This document shows, piece after piece, positions 33,533-43,805 of a stretch of 64,000 nucleotides of DNA (within the stretch, counting starts at the first letter, position 1; each line of letters begins with the position of its first letter). The notes below the pieces were generated by a model. That model did not search any database, was not told the origin of the DNA, and saw nothing but the letters and a program-made list of their open reading frames with translations. The DNA is from Minisyncoccota bacterium (GTDB taxonomy: Bacteria > Patescibacteriota > Minisyncoccia > Phycocordibacterales > SBAW01), in the NCBI GenBank assembly GCA_035546575.1, contig DASZWN010000001.1, positions 49,082 through 113,081 of the forward strand, given 5' to 3'. The position numbers and the translations under genes are program-made.

Positions 33533-34569
33533 AATCCAAATGCTGATAATGCGGTGTCTGTTTGCCCTCCAAACATAATTCTCAAAGCAGCTTGTGCGTC
33601 CTGTACAAACTTTTTAGGGTCGGTATTTTGTACCTCCACACTAACATCTGCTTGTCCGGCCCCGTTCCCTGCCTGCCTTAATGTGAGTATGCCACTGTCT
33701 GAATTCGGGCCAGACGTGCTGTCCCCGTTAAGCGTCCATGCAAAAGATGCGGTGCCGCCTCTAAGGCTCTCATTCGCAAAATAATAGGGCGCAGCCAGAA
33801 GCGTGATCTCTTTCCCGACAAGCGTTATAGTCGATGGAAATGCCTGGTCGTACAGAACGCCTCGCAACGGGTCTTTATTATAAAAAAGCACTCCTGGGTT
33901 AACTGCAGGGATAAATACCGATGCTTGCCCCACGAGCGAGCTCCCAAAGTAGATATCTACATCAACCTGCTCACCGCTGCGCAACTGGCTCCCTTGGAAT
34001 GTAAAGGTATTGTGGCCTTTGCCCGAGGCTACAGTAACCGGGTCGCCATTGAGTTTCCACTGGAACGAGAGGTTGTTTGCGGTGACTGTTCCCCCACTCA
34101 ACACTACCTGCGGGAATGCAACCACTTTTATGCTCGATCCTGCGGTATATAACGCTTTGCCGCGATAGAGTGGCGGCACCGAAGTATCTGCTTCCCAGAA
34201 CAAAGCTGTGCGAGTTGGAGTAAATACAAAATCGTTGGTGATCGTCCCCTGTATGGAGGAATTTATAACTACGTGGACTCGCGTAGTGACTCCGAGGTCG
34301 CCTGTAGTAAACGAGAATGTCTTTTGTCCTACCCCCGACAAAACAGTCTTTCCATTGACTTGCCATGTGATAGTAGCGTCACCCAGAAAAGTCCCCACAC
34401 CTTGTACCTCCATGGTCGTAAGCTGGTTTGGGCCAGGGACGTCGGGGTTAGTGATATAGCGCACAGGGTCCACACCTAGACTTTGTGCACGTACAAAGCT
34501 TCCGGTAAGGAAAATAAGTCCAAGCAGTATGATGATTTTAAAATTATGCCGCATATGCTGTACGTCCAC
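33529..34569 (-). CDS. Secreted protein with three tandem Ig-like repeats
   Basis: It has a signal peptide and three repeats of about 100 aa (ATITWQVNGKTV, NLSFQWKLNGDPV, SFAWTLNGDS). It overlaps both neighbours by 4 and 26 nt. Confidence 0.5.
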   Translation of the reverse strand: MDVQHMRHNFKIIILLGLIFLTGSFVRAQSLGVDPVRYITNPDVPGPNQLTTMEVQGVGTFLGDATITWQVNGKTVLSGVGQKTFSFTTGDLGVTTRVHVVINSSIQGTITNDFVFTPTRTALFWEADTSVPPLYRGKALYTAGSSIKVVAFPQVVLSGGTVTANNLSFQWKLNGDPVTVASGKGHNTFTFQGSQLRSGEQVDVDIYFGSSLVGQASVFIPAVNPGVLFYNKDPLRGVLYDQAFPSTITLVGKEITLLAAPYYFANESLRGGTASFAWTLNGDSTSGPNSDSGILTLRQAGNGAGQADVSVEVQNTDPKKFVQDAQAALRIMFGGQTDTALSAFGL

Positions 34570-35290
34570 GCCCGCCCTCTATATCCTTAAGAGTATCATT
34601 TGCAGCGCGAGGAATCTTGAGATTATCATTTGCAACTGTGGGCTGTTTCGGCGGCTTAATGTCGCTGTCTACTCCCCTTCCAAGCTGCAGGGCCGGCGTT
34701 CTCTCCGGCGTTTCTACACGCACAGGGCCTTCTTGTTCTTGTTGAGATATTTGTTGCGACTGGTCCTGCGAAGGTCCCCTGTTTACTCCCCCCGCAATCG
34801 TAGCGACTGTTGCTCCCGGAGAAGTTGCTGAAGTTGTCAGATTGCCAGCTATTGAGAGAACACCAGTTCCCTCCTCTGCATTCTTTTTTAAGACACAAAG
34901 AATAGTAAGCGTTGTCCAGAAGGGGATTATATTAAGGCCCGGAATGAGCTCCCCGCCTCCCCAGATCAGGTATTTTGGGTACAAGATTCCGTTAAACCCC
35001 ATAAGGGCAATTAAAAAGACCCCGAGCGTGGCACTAATGCAAAAGCCCAATGCTATGCCCATACCCATGCTGATAGGCAGTGTTGCAACCGCAAGTATCC
35101 CATTAACGAAGGGTAACCCTCCGATGGCACCGAGTACTTTGCAGCCAATGTCACCTGCAATTTGAGTTCCCACAAAACAGCCGCCGATAGGACCTGGTAA
35201 AGCCCCCACTGCAAATAATGCAACAGACATAAAAGCCTGAAAGCCGTCTATCAAAAGTCCAAGCAATATAAATAATACCCCTTTACTCAT
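34544..35290 (-). CDS. Gly-rich polytopic membrane protein
   Basis: 248 aa with 4 transmembrane helices and a C-terminal S/T/Q-rich tail. It overlaps VirB4 by 4 nt. Confidence 0.45.
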   Translation of the reverse strand: MSKGVLFILLGLLIDGFQAFMSVALFAVGALPGPIGGCFVGTQIAGDIGCKVLGAIGGLPFVNGILAVATLPISMGMGIALGFCISATLGVFLIALMGFNGILYPKYLIWGGGELIPGLNIIPFWTTLTILCVLKKNAEEGTGVLSIAGNLTTSATSPGATVATIAGGVNRGPSQDQSQQISQQEQEGPVRVETPERTPALQLGRGVDSDIKPPKQPTVANDNLKIPRAANDTLKDIEGGRGRTAYAA

Positions 35291-37125
35291 GATGTAGTTG
35301 GAGCAGAGCTCGACGCAGTGTTGGCAGCATCGGACCGTTGTTTGCGCAGTGCGAGCACCTGACTTGGATCAGAGGTAATGATCTGATCCTCGGTATACGA
35401 AGCAATTATTTTAATAGCAACGTGTTTGAGGCCGGCAAAAAAGATTCCCTCCCCCACATCAGACTCAAGAAGCAGGAACTTTTCCTCATCGGAAAGGTTG
35501 AATGTCTTTTGGAGGTTATCAATCGTAGTCGGCGATTGCTTGAGCAAAAGCTGAATCGACGAGTTAGTGATCATCGGGAGGCCATAAGGCGACTTAAGGA
35601 AGTCGTCCACATCTTGCGTAATAGTCGCGAGCCCCAAATAGTATTTGCGGCCGCGCTTTGCCATACCGTAGAGGAACGAGGCGGTGTCCTCCGACTTCAT
35701 CATCCACCACGCTTCGTCGATCACGAGCAGGCGCTTCTTTAGATTTTTGCGCACCGTGTTCCAGATGTAGTGCGTAATCAGGTACATCGCGACCGGCTTA
35801 AGGTCGTCCTCCATGTCGCGCACCGAAAATACGACGAACTTTTTGTTGATGTCGACGTTTGTTGCCTGGTTGATAAATCCGGCCCAAGTTCCTTTGGTAT
35901 ATTTGGAGAGGCGCTGCACTAATGACTCGCTTCCCTCCATACCTGCAAGCACCAGTTCAAAGTCGCTTAGGAGCGGCGGCTCAATCTGGCTGAAGTCGGA
36001 GTCAACCGTAATGTCTTTAAGCGCATACGTTTCGGTAATAGCGCGGTCCATAATCGCGTCCTCCTCCGGCGTGAGGCCGCCCATCATAAGGCGGAACATG
36101 CCCACAAGGGCTACGATATTGCTGCGCAGCACATCGGCCGGCGACTCGTCCTCGCGTGGAGGGGCCAGATCAAACGGGTTGATGTGGTGCTCGGAGTTGA
36201 GAGAAATATTGAAGTAGCGCCCCCCTACCGCCTGGGAGAGGAACTCGTACTCGCGCTCCGGGTCGATCACGATAACCTCGGTATCAAACATGAGCGTGCG
36301 CAAAATTTCGAGTTTGGTTGCATACGATTTGCCGGAGCCCGATTTTGCGAATATCACCGAGTTGTAGTTCTCCAGAGAAAAGCGGTCAAACAGCACGAGC
36401 GATGCGTTGTGGCGGTTAACGCCATATAAAATCCCTTTGTCGGAGGTGAGATCAAACGAGACGAATGGGAAAATTGATGAAAGCGGCGAGGAATTTAATT
36501 TTGAGTTTACGTTAAGCGCGTCTTCTCCCAGCGGCAGCACCGATTTAAACCCCTGCTCTTGCTGAAAGAGTGCCGGTTTAACGTACACCAGGCGCGACTC
36601 AAGCATCGACTTGATCTCGCTCTCTGCCTTGTCGAGTTCCTCCACTGTTGCGCCGTAGATCGTAATGTATACGCCAACGTCAAAGATGCGCTCCTGTGCC
36701 TGCTGGAGCTGGTCGCGCAGGTCTTCCAGGTCGCGGTACGCGGTGTCGAGTATCGGGTCGCGCACCAGGCCTTTTTGCTCGCGAGTCATAATCTGCGACT
36801 GCACCTCAGCCACCTTTTTTTGGAACTTTTTAAGAATCTCGGCCGAGTCTATCGGGTGGATAAAGATAGACACATCAAGCACTCGGTCTAGGTTGATAAC
36901 CGGGGCAAACCAAGAGTCGGTAAGCGTGCGCGGATATGACATCACAAAGAAAGTACGTGCTATTTTGTCGCCCAAGTTAAGCTCGCGCGGAGTTATCTTA
37001 AGTGCCGAGGGGGCAATAACGTCTTGGAGCTCGAGTATGCCCTGTTTGTAGATCTGTTCAGGCAAAATCGGCGCCATCGGTGCCGGAGCAGACTGCTTTT
37101 GTTTTAGAAAGTCGAGTAAAGCCAT
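35287..37125 (-). CDS. virB4: VirB4/TrbE/CagE-family T4SS ATPase, C-terminal two-thirds
   Basis: It has a CagE_TrbE_VirB region (NLGDKIARTFFVMSYPRTL) and Walker A IFAKSGSGKSYATK. A DEAWWMM motif and the C-terminal ATPase domain follow. The likely ATG at 37125 sits 1 nt after the stop of the upstream N-domain ORF. Confidence 0.8.
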   Translation of the reverse strand: MALLDFLKQKQSAPAPMAPILPEQIYKQGILELQDVIAPSALKITPRELNLGDKIARTFFVMSYPRTLTDSWFAPVINLDRVLDVSIFIHPIDSAEILKKFQKKVAEVQSQIMTREQKGLVRDPILDTAYRDLEDLRDQLQQAQERIFDVGVYITIYGATVEELDKAESEIKSMLESRLVYVKPALFQQEQGFKSVLPLGEDALNVNSKLNSSPLSSIFPFVSFDLTSDKGILYGVNRHNASLVLFDRFSLENYNSVIFAKSGSGKSYATKLEILRTLMFDTEVIVIDPEREYEFLSQAVGGRYFNISLNSEHHINPFDLAPPREDESPADVLRSNIVALVGMFRLMMGGLTPEEDAIMDRAITETYALKDITVDSDFSQIEPPLLSDFELVLAGMEGSESLVQRLSKYTKGTWAGFINQATNVDINKKFVVFSVRDMEDDLKPVAMYLITHYIWNTVRKNLKKRLLVIDEAWWMMKSEDTASFLYGMAKRGRKYYLGLATITQDVDDFLKSPYGLPMITNSSIQLLLKQSPTTIDNLQKTFNLSDEEKFLLLESDVGEGIFFAGLKHVAIKIIASYTEDQIITSDPSQVLALRKQRSDAANTASSSAPTTS

Positions 37126-37126
37126 A

Positions 37127-37795
37127 CTATTTTTGTGCTGCCATATTGGTAACCTGGAGCGGCTTTTCAAGTTCGCCGGGGTTAAACAGCTTGTAGAAGA
37201 GCTCGATCACCTCCTCGGTACCAAGTTTGACCACGCGCACAGAGGTGCGTACCAACCCTTGTTCCACAACCGAGATTCGCTGCTCGAGCTGCGTGCGATA
37301 TTGCTCGAACTGCTCGTCGGTCAAAGAGTTGGATGCATTTTTGCCTGTCGGCAGCAAATTGCCGAGCGCCGAGATGCCTCCGCCCCGAGCAATAAGCGCC
37401 GGGTCGTACGGCACAACGATAAAAAAGTTCTTGGCCATGATATTGGCACGCTCAGTAAAGTCTTTGATAAAAACGATGTACTCCCGGATCTGGATCTTCA
37501 TCAGGTCGTCGAGCTCAAGCGCATAGCGCTCCTCAAGGAGGGCAATATATGGCCGCACATCCAGGTCTCGGCTCTCAATAAAAAACTGCACCGAGAATTC
37601 GAGCGAATTGAGAAAGTTTTGGAACTGCCCGATAATCGCCTGCTGCTCGTCACTGCTCTTGAGTGCCAAGTTAATAGACGAGGCCATCAGGAGCGCGCGC
37701 AGCGAGCCGTCTTTAAGAATAATAACGCCGTCGCGCACCTCTTTAATGGGTACGAATTCCTGTGTTGCTTGAGCTTTTACTTTTTGGTCAGGCAT
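37127..37795 (-). CDS. VirB4-family N-terminal domain encoded as a separate ORF
   Basis: It reads VPIKEVRDGVIILKDGSLRALLMASSINLALKSSDEQQAIIGQFQNFLNSLEFSVQF, which is the typical PrgJ/TcpF/VirB4 N-terminus. An A5 run at the junction means a 1-nt indel would fuse it to the downstream ATPase ORF. Confidence 0.7.
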   Translation of the reverse strand: MPDQKVKAQATQEFVPIKEVRDGVIILKDGSLRALLMASSINLALKSSDEQQAIIGQFQNFLNSLEFSVQFFIESRDLDVRPYIALLEERYALELDDLMKIQIREYIVFIKDFTERANIMAKNFFIVVPYDPALIARGGGISALGNLLPTGKNASNSLTDEQFEQYRTQLEQRISVVEQGLVRTSVRVVKLGTEEVIELFYKLFNPGELEKPLQVTNMAAQK

Positions 37796-37800
37796 AGGAT

Positions 37801-38247
37801 TTAAATCTCAAAGCCGGTACGCGCAGTGGTGTCCGCCACTCCCATCTTAGCCCGATCTTTTATATTGAGTGACCAAGCCAAATCCTTGAGTTTGCTTTCG
37901 GAAAGTTTTGGCACTCCGGATACTGTCGCAACAGCTGTAGGTGCAACAGCTGCCTCGGGAGTTTTTGCCTCGTGTTGTTTCCAGAGATACAGCTTATGAC
38001 CCAGGATATAGCTGAACGCATGTTCGATCACCACAATAAGTGGCCGGCCGTTAACCTGGTAGAACGCAAGACCTGCCGAGAGTGCAATCACCGGTATGGC
38101 TAGAATAACGGTGAGATAAAGAGGCAAGAGCGAAAAGAAGATAAGACACAGCCCTCCCCCGCCCGCCAAGTAGATAAACTGTTTTAAGGTCAGCGGACCA
38201 AAAATCTTGTCTTCTATCTCGATAAACTGAGGAACCTGATAGCGCAT
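37801..38247 (-). CDS. PrgI-family (VirB3-like) small membrane protein
   Basis: It has the PrgI N-terminal signature MRYQVPQFIEIEDKIFGPLTLKQFIYL followed by two transmembrane helices. It lies immediately upstream of VirB4, as in Gram-positive T4SSs. Confidence 0.7.
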   Translation of the reverse strand: MRYQVPQFIEIEDKIFGPLTLKQFIYLAGGGGLCLIFFSLLPLYLTVILAIPVIALSAGLAFYQVNGRPLIVVIEHAFSYILGHKLYLWKQHEAKTPEAAVAPTAVATVSGVPKLSESKLKDLAWSLNIKDRAKMGVADTTARTGFEI

Positions 38248-38271
38248 CGCTATCTAGTATATCGCATTATT

Positions 38272-38895
38272 TCACTCCGGAGGTTCGCGATACGGGTCAG
38301 TTTTATAGGCAGCGGGTTTAGGTGCCTCTGGTTTTGGCGGTTGCACAGGCGGCGGAGCCACTTGTACCGTCTTTTCAGTCAGCATAACCTCGGCCGGGTG
38401 CATCTCCGGCGGTTTGACTGGCATAGTCGGTTTAGGAACAGCAGGTGTTGGAGTACTGGAAGCTGATGCTGCAGGCGTTGAGGATATAGACGGAGGCGAT
38501 ACGGTAGGTTTTGGAGCCGCAGTGGCTGCCGAGGGCATAACAACAGATTTTTCTGGAGTAGATACAGTCGTAGAAGCTGCAGGCCCAGTCTTCATAGACT
38601 CGCGGATAGAGAGAAGTATCTGCGAGTTCACCTCCCCAGCTATCTTGTCGGCCTCCTCTTTTGATATACCAACCTCATTTACAAGGTTAGAGGGAAAATT
38701 ATTCGCGTCAGTAAACCCGAGCATGAGCATGAGCGTCTCGCTGCCCAGCTTTTCTGTCTGGTCAATATGTAGATGGTGGGCTTGAGCAATAGCTGCCACC
38801 TTCTGCTCCCAGTTGTTGGAGAGGATTGCTTCCTGAACATCTTCGGGTAACTCTGCAAGCTTCGCTTCTATTTCTTTGGTAAAATCTTCAGCCAT
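38272..38895 (-). CDS. Pro/Ala/Thr-rich protein of unknown function
   Basis: 207 aa with an alpha-helical N-domain and then a low-complexity P/T/A/S-rich segment (…PKPTVSPPSISSTPAASASSTPTPAVPKPTMPVKPP…). Confidence 0.45.
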   Translation of the reverse strand: MAEDFTKEIEAKLAELPEDVQEAILSNNWEQKVAAIAQAHHLHIDQTEKLGSETLMLMLGFTDANNFPSNLVNEVGISKEEADKIAGEVNSQILLSIRESMKTGPAASTTVSTPEKSVVMPSAATAAPKPTVSPPSISSTPAASASSTPTPAVPKPTMPVKPPEMHPAEVMLTEKTVQVAPPPVQPPKPEAPKPAAYKTDPYREPPE

Positions 38896-38924
38896 AATAT
38901 TTTAGTTAGTATATCATTTGGCAA

Positions 38925-41075
38925 CTAGTGGGCTGGTTTTGAATGTCCAAAAGCATCATGTCCATCTGATTTTTTAGAGTCATCGTTATTTGGAGAATGA
39001 GATTCTTTATCGTGTCCTTCTTCTTTGTCATGATCTTCTTCACCCCCACCCTCTTCTTCGTGATGATCTTTTTCAAATTGTTTTACCGCTTTCAAAAGGT
39101 TATCGTGTGCGCCTCCTCCCTTCGCCATCTTAAGTACTTTTTCTGCACCTAGTGTTTGAGCACGTGAAAGACGACTATTAAGCCGCGCTGCCAACTTCTC
39201 GAGATTCTCCTTCTGTCGTAGAGAAACTCTGCTGCTACCGACTTCAGTCAGAGACTTAATTTCCTTCTCCTTGTCTTCAGCAAGTTTCTTGCTTACTTTC
39301 GCACTTTCTCTATAGCTATCTGCCGTTGCACCAGTTGATTTTGCTGCAAGAGCTGCAAATTTTATAGCATCACGTCGGGCTTCTTTTAATTCGTCTTTCA
39401 GTCCACCAACTTTTTTCTCATATTCGCCTCGGCCATTTTCCTCGTCATACTCTCTTTCAAACCTTCTTTGTTCACGAGCAACATCTACCGCATCGCCTTT
39501 GTAAGCCTCAGCCTGCTTTTGGTAACCCTTAGCAGCCTCATCAATGGCTTTTGCAATACCACCTTTGCCGCCCGCTTTGCCAAATTCTGTTAACCCGACT
39601 TTTCCTAAAGGATTTCGGAGATCGAGACTGCCTTTCCCAATTCTGTTTGTGTAATCAAATATTCTACCGATAGTACGCGGATTAGATGTAGCGACGCCCT
39701 GGAATCTTTCTGAACGGGAAGCTTCATATGCAACTCTGCCAACGGTATTTCTGTAGAATCGTGCCGGAATAGCAAATCCGACTTTGCCCCCTGCCCAGTT
39801 TCCTGCTTGGGCGCCTATAGCACCCATACCATCGGCGGCTTTCATACCCAGGAAGAGCATTACGATAATGAACCCCAATCGTATAGATATATCAGCAATC
39901 AGTGCAGCTATACCAAGTAGACCATTAGTTGCTCCAGCCACTCCTGTTGCAGCTCCTGTGGGCTGTTGTATGTATGTGACAAATGCCTGGCTTATATTAA
40001 GATCGCCAGCGAACTGCACAATAAGCCAGAAAATAAAGAGAAACACAGCGGGATAGAATGCATGGCTAATAAGTGTTTCTTGCCATTGGTCGTAGTATTT
40101 TTCAAAGCGATGCGAAGCCTTGGCTATAAAAGCCAGGGGTGATGCAACGATAATAAGCCACAGCACTGCAATACGCACAATAAATCGTATGCCTACCGAC
40201 ACAAAGGCGGCGGCAAGGATGAAATATATAACGCCCATAAATATGTAAATGATCAGGAGCGTTATGAATTCGGTAACACCATTGGTATTGTCTTGGAACT
40301 TGCCAAACGAATCCGTACCAAGTATTTTCTGCACGCCTACCGCATTCATAATGCTCGCGGTAAGATCTTTGGTGCCATTTACCGTCGCAGGTTGCCCATT
40401 AACAATCACAGTGGGTACGGCATTATAAAACTGTGCCGCAACAATATTGCCGGCATCTATTACGACTCGAGTAAAGAAAAAGCTGAAGTTGATGATAAGC
40501 GCAATAAATATTACGAAAGCGAGCGTCTGCATCGTGTGGCCTGTGTCCGCTGAGAGTATGATTGTGATCGCAATATAGATAAGTATGAGAATGAACCCCA
40601 TATTAGCTATGTCGCGAGCCGTTTCCCACCCATGGGTGACAAACGTTAGGCCATACGCGGTGCTGTTTATCGATAACTGGGTTGCTACGTTAAAAATGTA
40701 AGCTGCAACATATGCTACAAAACTTCCGAACCCAACCGTGAAGGCATATACAGGTAAAAGAAGACAAGAGCTTATCGAGTTACAAAGAGGGGCAGTATTA
40801 GTAGTTACAGAATTTGCAGATAAACCATGGGCTTCAGCTGCTTGTTTTTCACAGGCTGCCTGATTACCTCCATTGTTGACACATGCTTGTGCTTCAGAAT
40901 TTGCTTGATTACGAGCATTGATAGCATCAATTTGTGCCTGGGTTATGACAGATGCTCCTTGGGCTTTTGGTGTTGCTCCAATCGATGAAAACACAAGTAG
41001 CAGCGTCGCAAGGCACAATAAAGCTTTTGCAGTGCTGCTTAGAAATTTATTTTTTATGCTACTGCCCCAGCGCAT
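38925..41075 (-). CDS. VirB6/TrbL-like polytopic membrane protein with charged coiled-coil C-terminal tail
   Basis: 716 aa with a signal or N-terminal transmembrane segment, then at least 7 transmembrane helices. The last ~250 aa are highly charged (KE/KD-rich) and His/Glu-rich. It sits upstream of PrgI and VirB4, matching the Gram-positive T4SS order. Confidence 0.55.
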   Translation of the reverse strand: MRWGSSIKNKFLSSTAKALLCLATLLLVFSSIGATPKAQGASVITQAQIDAINARNQANSEAQACVNNGGNQAACEKQAAEAHGLSANSVTTNTAPLCNSISSCLLLPVYAFTVGFGSFVAYVAAYIFNVATQLSINSTAYGLTFVTHGWETARDIANMGFILILIYIAITIILSADTGHTMQTLAFVIFIALIINFSFFFTRVVIDAGNIVAAQFYNAVPTVIVNGQPATVNGTKDLTASIMNAVGVQKILGTDSFGKFQDNTNGVTEFITLLIIYIFMGVIYFILAAAFVSVGIRFIVRIAVLWLIIVASPLAFIAKASHRFEKYYDQWQETLISHAFYPAVFLFIFWLIVQFAGDLNISQAFVTYIQQPTGAATGVAGATNGLLGIAALIADISIRLGFIIVMLFLGMKAADGMGAIGAQAGNWAGGKVGFAIPARFYRNTVGRVAYEASRSERFQGVATSNPRTIGRIFDYTNRIGKGSLDLRNPLGKVGLTEFGKAGGKGGIAKAIDEAAKGYQKQAEAYKGDAVDVAREQRRFEREYDEENGRGEYEKKVGGLKDELKEARRDAIKFAALAAKSTGATADSYRESAKVSKKLAEDKEKEIKSLTEVGSSRVSLRQKENLEKLAARLNSRLSRAQTLGAEKVLKMAKGGGAHDNLLKAVKQFEKDHHEEEGGGEEDHDKEEGHDKESHSPNNDDSKKSDGHDAFGHSKPAH

Positions 41076-42867
41076 AGCATTGATTGAGTTTGGTACTGGT
41101 GTCGGAGTTGAGCGCGTTCATCTGTGCCTGGAGCGTGGTGCGGTCTTGCTGGGCGGACGTGATATCGGTCGAGTCGTATACACTTCCAGAGTTTTTAAGC
41201 TGAGCATATGAGGCTGCTGCAGCACGGACCTCAAGCAATGTGGTTGCCGAGAGAACTTGCGTCTGGACAGCTTGGATATCAGCAATATCTTGATTAGCTG
41301 CAGTTATTTTGTTGTTGTACAGCGTAACTTGGCCTTCAAGCTCGGCTATTTTGTCGGCAGTACTCTGGGCCAAGTCAGTTTTATTTGCGGCAGTCCAGCA
41401 ATTGCCAAGCGTAGTAAGGTTTGCCTGAGCATTTTGTATGTCGCTAATATCGCCCTGCTCTACTGCGCCGTACTGTTGGGCGTATTGTACCGAGGTCTGC
41501 ATCTCATCAAGCAGGTCATTTGCCTCGCCTTCTGCTTGCAAATCCTCTGTGCTCAATGATGCGCCGTAGCCATTTTGGCCGTTGCCAAGGTTGGAGAGAC
41601 CCTTATTAAACATCTTAGTGATAAGAGCATTAGTTAGTGCTCCGATGATCTCATCGATGCTTTGGGCAAGATTAAGCTCATTAAGTGTCGACTGCACATT
41701 GGCGTTGAATGCGCCTAGTATTGCGCTGCCTGGCGTTACACAGTTTCCGTCTTTATCTTTTGCGCATAGGAATCCTTGCCCATTGTTGAGCTCTTGCGTA
41801 CTTGCCAGTACTGCACTCCCCCGTGCGCCTTCTATAGCTACCTGCCCGTACATATATGCGCCGAAAGGATTGTTCGTTGGCATGGTGGTAAATGATATGA
41901 GCCCCGGCCACCCGCCTTGCGAGAAGTCACCGCCTGCAAACTTTTCTATGTTGCCGACAACGCCCGAGAGCGTACACGATGGGGCGTTATTGCGCCGCGC
42001 ATAACTCTGTGCAATGGCGATGCGAACTTTAAGCTGGAACGGGCTGCAGAGGAACGCCAGGTTGCTGCCCTCGATCACGCTGCCTGCTGCTTGGTCGGCA
42101 ACATCGTTAAAGAATTTATTGTAGTCTTGCACAAAGGCAGGTTTGCCCTCAAATCCCGAGTTGATCCAGTTGACGGTGTCGTTGGTGATTTTATCTATCG
42201 CAATACGAGCAAGTGCCATCGTGACGCACTTCAAAATGCTATCGGTTTGTTGGTTTGCATGGGTCGAGCTGTCGTTTACATTCACTTGTCCAGATAGTGC
42301 ACCAAAAATAGAGCCGAGTGCTGTGCCCGCTAGCTGGCTTGCGGCAAATTTTGCCAAACAGGCGGCTGCAACACCCGCCAAGCCTGCGCCAAAATTATTG
42401 CCACCCCCGCTCGATACGGTTGCAGGGTCTACGCCAATATACGAAGTACCATACACACTCGTGTTAGTAACCTGGTTGATCGGCGTCGGGTTAAAGAGGC
42501 TCCCTGCTCCACGCAGCGTAAGCGACCCTGAGCCGCTGCTTGAAGTGACGCTTGAACCGTCGAGCCATGTAGCCCCGCTCGGGTTTGCAGAACCCAGATC
42601 GACGTATGAGATAGTGCCGTCGGAGTACCCCCCGCCCGAGCCTTGTCCGCTTACTCCGGTACCCGCGTTCGAGCCAACGGGCACTTGCCCGTTTACATCG
42701 GAGCCGATCGTGCCGGTCGAAGTGTTATTGCGGTCGCCGCCCGTGCCGAGCGTGCCGGTGTCAGTTACCTTTGCTCCCCCACCCGAGAATAGCCAGAACC
42801 ATAGCCCAACGATGAGCGCTAAAATAACGAGCGCTCCGATGATTATATAAAGTATCCTTCTGGTCAT
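41059..42867 (-). CDS. Membrane-anchored large extracellular protein (Gly/Ser-rich N-region, helical C-region)
   Basis: 602 aa with an N-terminal transmembrane helix and a G/S/T-rich linker. The C-terminal half is alpha-helical and rich in Q/N/A. It could be a VirB5-like or tip protein, but there is no firm homology. Confidence 0.45.
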   Translation of the reverse strand: MTRRILYIIIGALVILALIVGLWFWLFSGGGAKVTDTGTLGTGGDRNNTSTGTIGSDVNGQVPVGSNAGTGVSGQGSGGGYSDGTISYVDLGSANPSGATWLDGSSVTSSSGSGSLTLRGAGSLFNPTPINQVTNTSVYGTSYIGVDPATVSSGGGNNFGAGLAGVAAACLAKFAASQLAGTALGSIFGALSGQVNVNDSSTHANQQTDSILKCVTMALARIAIDKITNDTVNWINSGFEGKPAFVQDYNKFFNDVADQAAGSVIEGSNLAFLCSPFQLKVRIAIAQSYARRNNAPSCTLSGVVGNIEKFAGGDFSQGGWPGLISFTTMPTNNPFGAYMYGQVAIEGARGSAVLASTQELNNGQGFLCAKDKDGNCVTPGSAILGAFNANVQSTLNELNLAQSIDEIIGALTNALITKMFNKGLSNLGNGQNGYGASLSTEDLQAEGEANDLLDEMQTSVQYAQQYGAVEQGDISDIQNAQANLTTLGNCWTAANKTDLAQSTADKIAELEGQVTLYNNKITAANQDIADIQAVQTQVLSATTLLEVRAAAASYAQLKNSGSVYDSTDITSAQQDRTTLQAQMNALNSDTSTKLNQCYALGQ

Positions 42868-42869
42868 AG

Positions 42870-43763
42870 TTATTGCAAAGAAAGAAGCGTAGCCCAGGCG
42901 CTTCCGGGCTCGTCCTTAGTAAAAAGTATACCGTTTTGTTTAAGTATCTGCGCAATGTTTATAAACACACGCGTCGTCTCGTCTACAAGTGACTGATAGG
43001 TCTGGAGGCCGGCTATGCTGCGCAATGGGTCGCTTACCGCAACCTCCATATCCGAGTATGCTCCCGCGGCGTATGAAAGGTTGTTTAGGATCTGTAGATG
43101 GAGCGGCGCAAGCGTAGGCGGTACGGGCACTTTAGCTAAGTCGCGTACGAGCGCTCGGTACTCTTTTTGTATATTTGCGAGCTTTGCCACTTGCGCTGGG
43201 TCGTTAGAATCGGTTAGATACCCCAACGCAAAAAGCGTGTCGTTGTAATTTGCACCTGGGTGCGCAGCCATCGCAGTCATAACAGCGTTGCCGTATGCCT
43301 TAAGGGCAATAGGCGTCTGGGTTGAGAGGGTTAGGTCGCTTGAAGCGTACGCTGGGGGGTCCTTCTCGCCTTGTATCTGCGCCGTTGCTTGTGCAATAAG
43401 TTGGTTTTGGGTCGGAATATCACTGCCAAGACCCTGTGATTTGGCATCAAATAGGTTGACCAGCAGGCTCTGAGCCACCGTGGTGGTCAAATTAGTACTT
43501 TTTGTGGCGTCTAAGAGTGTGTCTACTGTAGAGCTTGCAACCGCAGCAGTGATAGCGCTCTTGCCTTGTATGGCAAGGAGTGTCTGCTCCCAATTTGGAT
43601 CAACACGTGATAGATCTCTCGGCGCCGTAGTTGCAGTGAGAGTCGAGGGCAAACCTCGCGGTGCTCCCGTTAAATATTGCGCTGCGAGCACAAGTGCGCC
43701 TGACGCGGCAATTGAGCCGACAATAAGCACAAACTGCGCGCTAGGGAGAAAGCGGCTAGGCAT
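42870..43763 (-). CDS. Bitopic membrane protein (first gene of the T4SS-like operon; VirB8-like topology)
   Basis: 297 aa with a single N-terminal transmembrane helix and then a soluble domain. This topology is compatible with VirB8/PrgL-type proteins. Assignment is by topology only. Confidence 0.4.
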   Translation of the reverse strand: MPSRFLPSAQFVLIVGSIAASGALVLAAQYLTGAPRGLPSTLTATTAPRDLSRVDPNWEQTLLAIQGKSAITAAVASSTVDTLLDATKSTNLTTTVAQSLLVNLFDAKSQGLGSDIPTQNQLIAQATAQIQGEKDPPAYASSDLTLSTQTPIALKAYGNAVMTAMAAHPGANYNDTLFALGYLTDSNDPAQVAKLANIQKEYRALVRDLAKVPVPPTLAPLHLQILNNLSYAAGAYSDMEVAVSDPLRSIAGLQTYQSLVDETTRVFINIAQILKQNGILFTKDEPGSAWATLLSLQ

Positions 43764-43805
43764 TGCTACTAGTATAGCAGTACTTTTTACGCGCTATACT
43801 GTATA

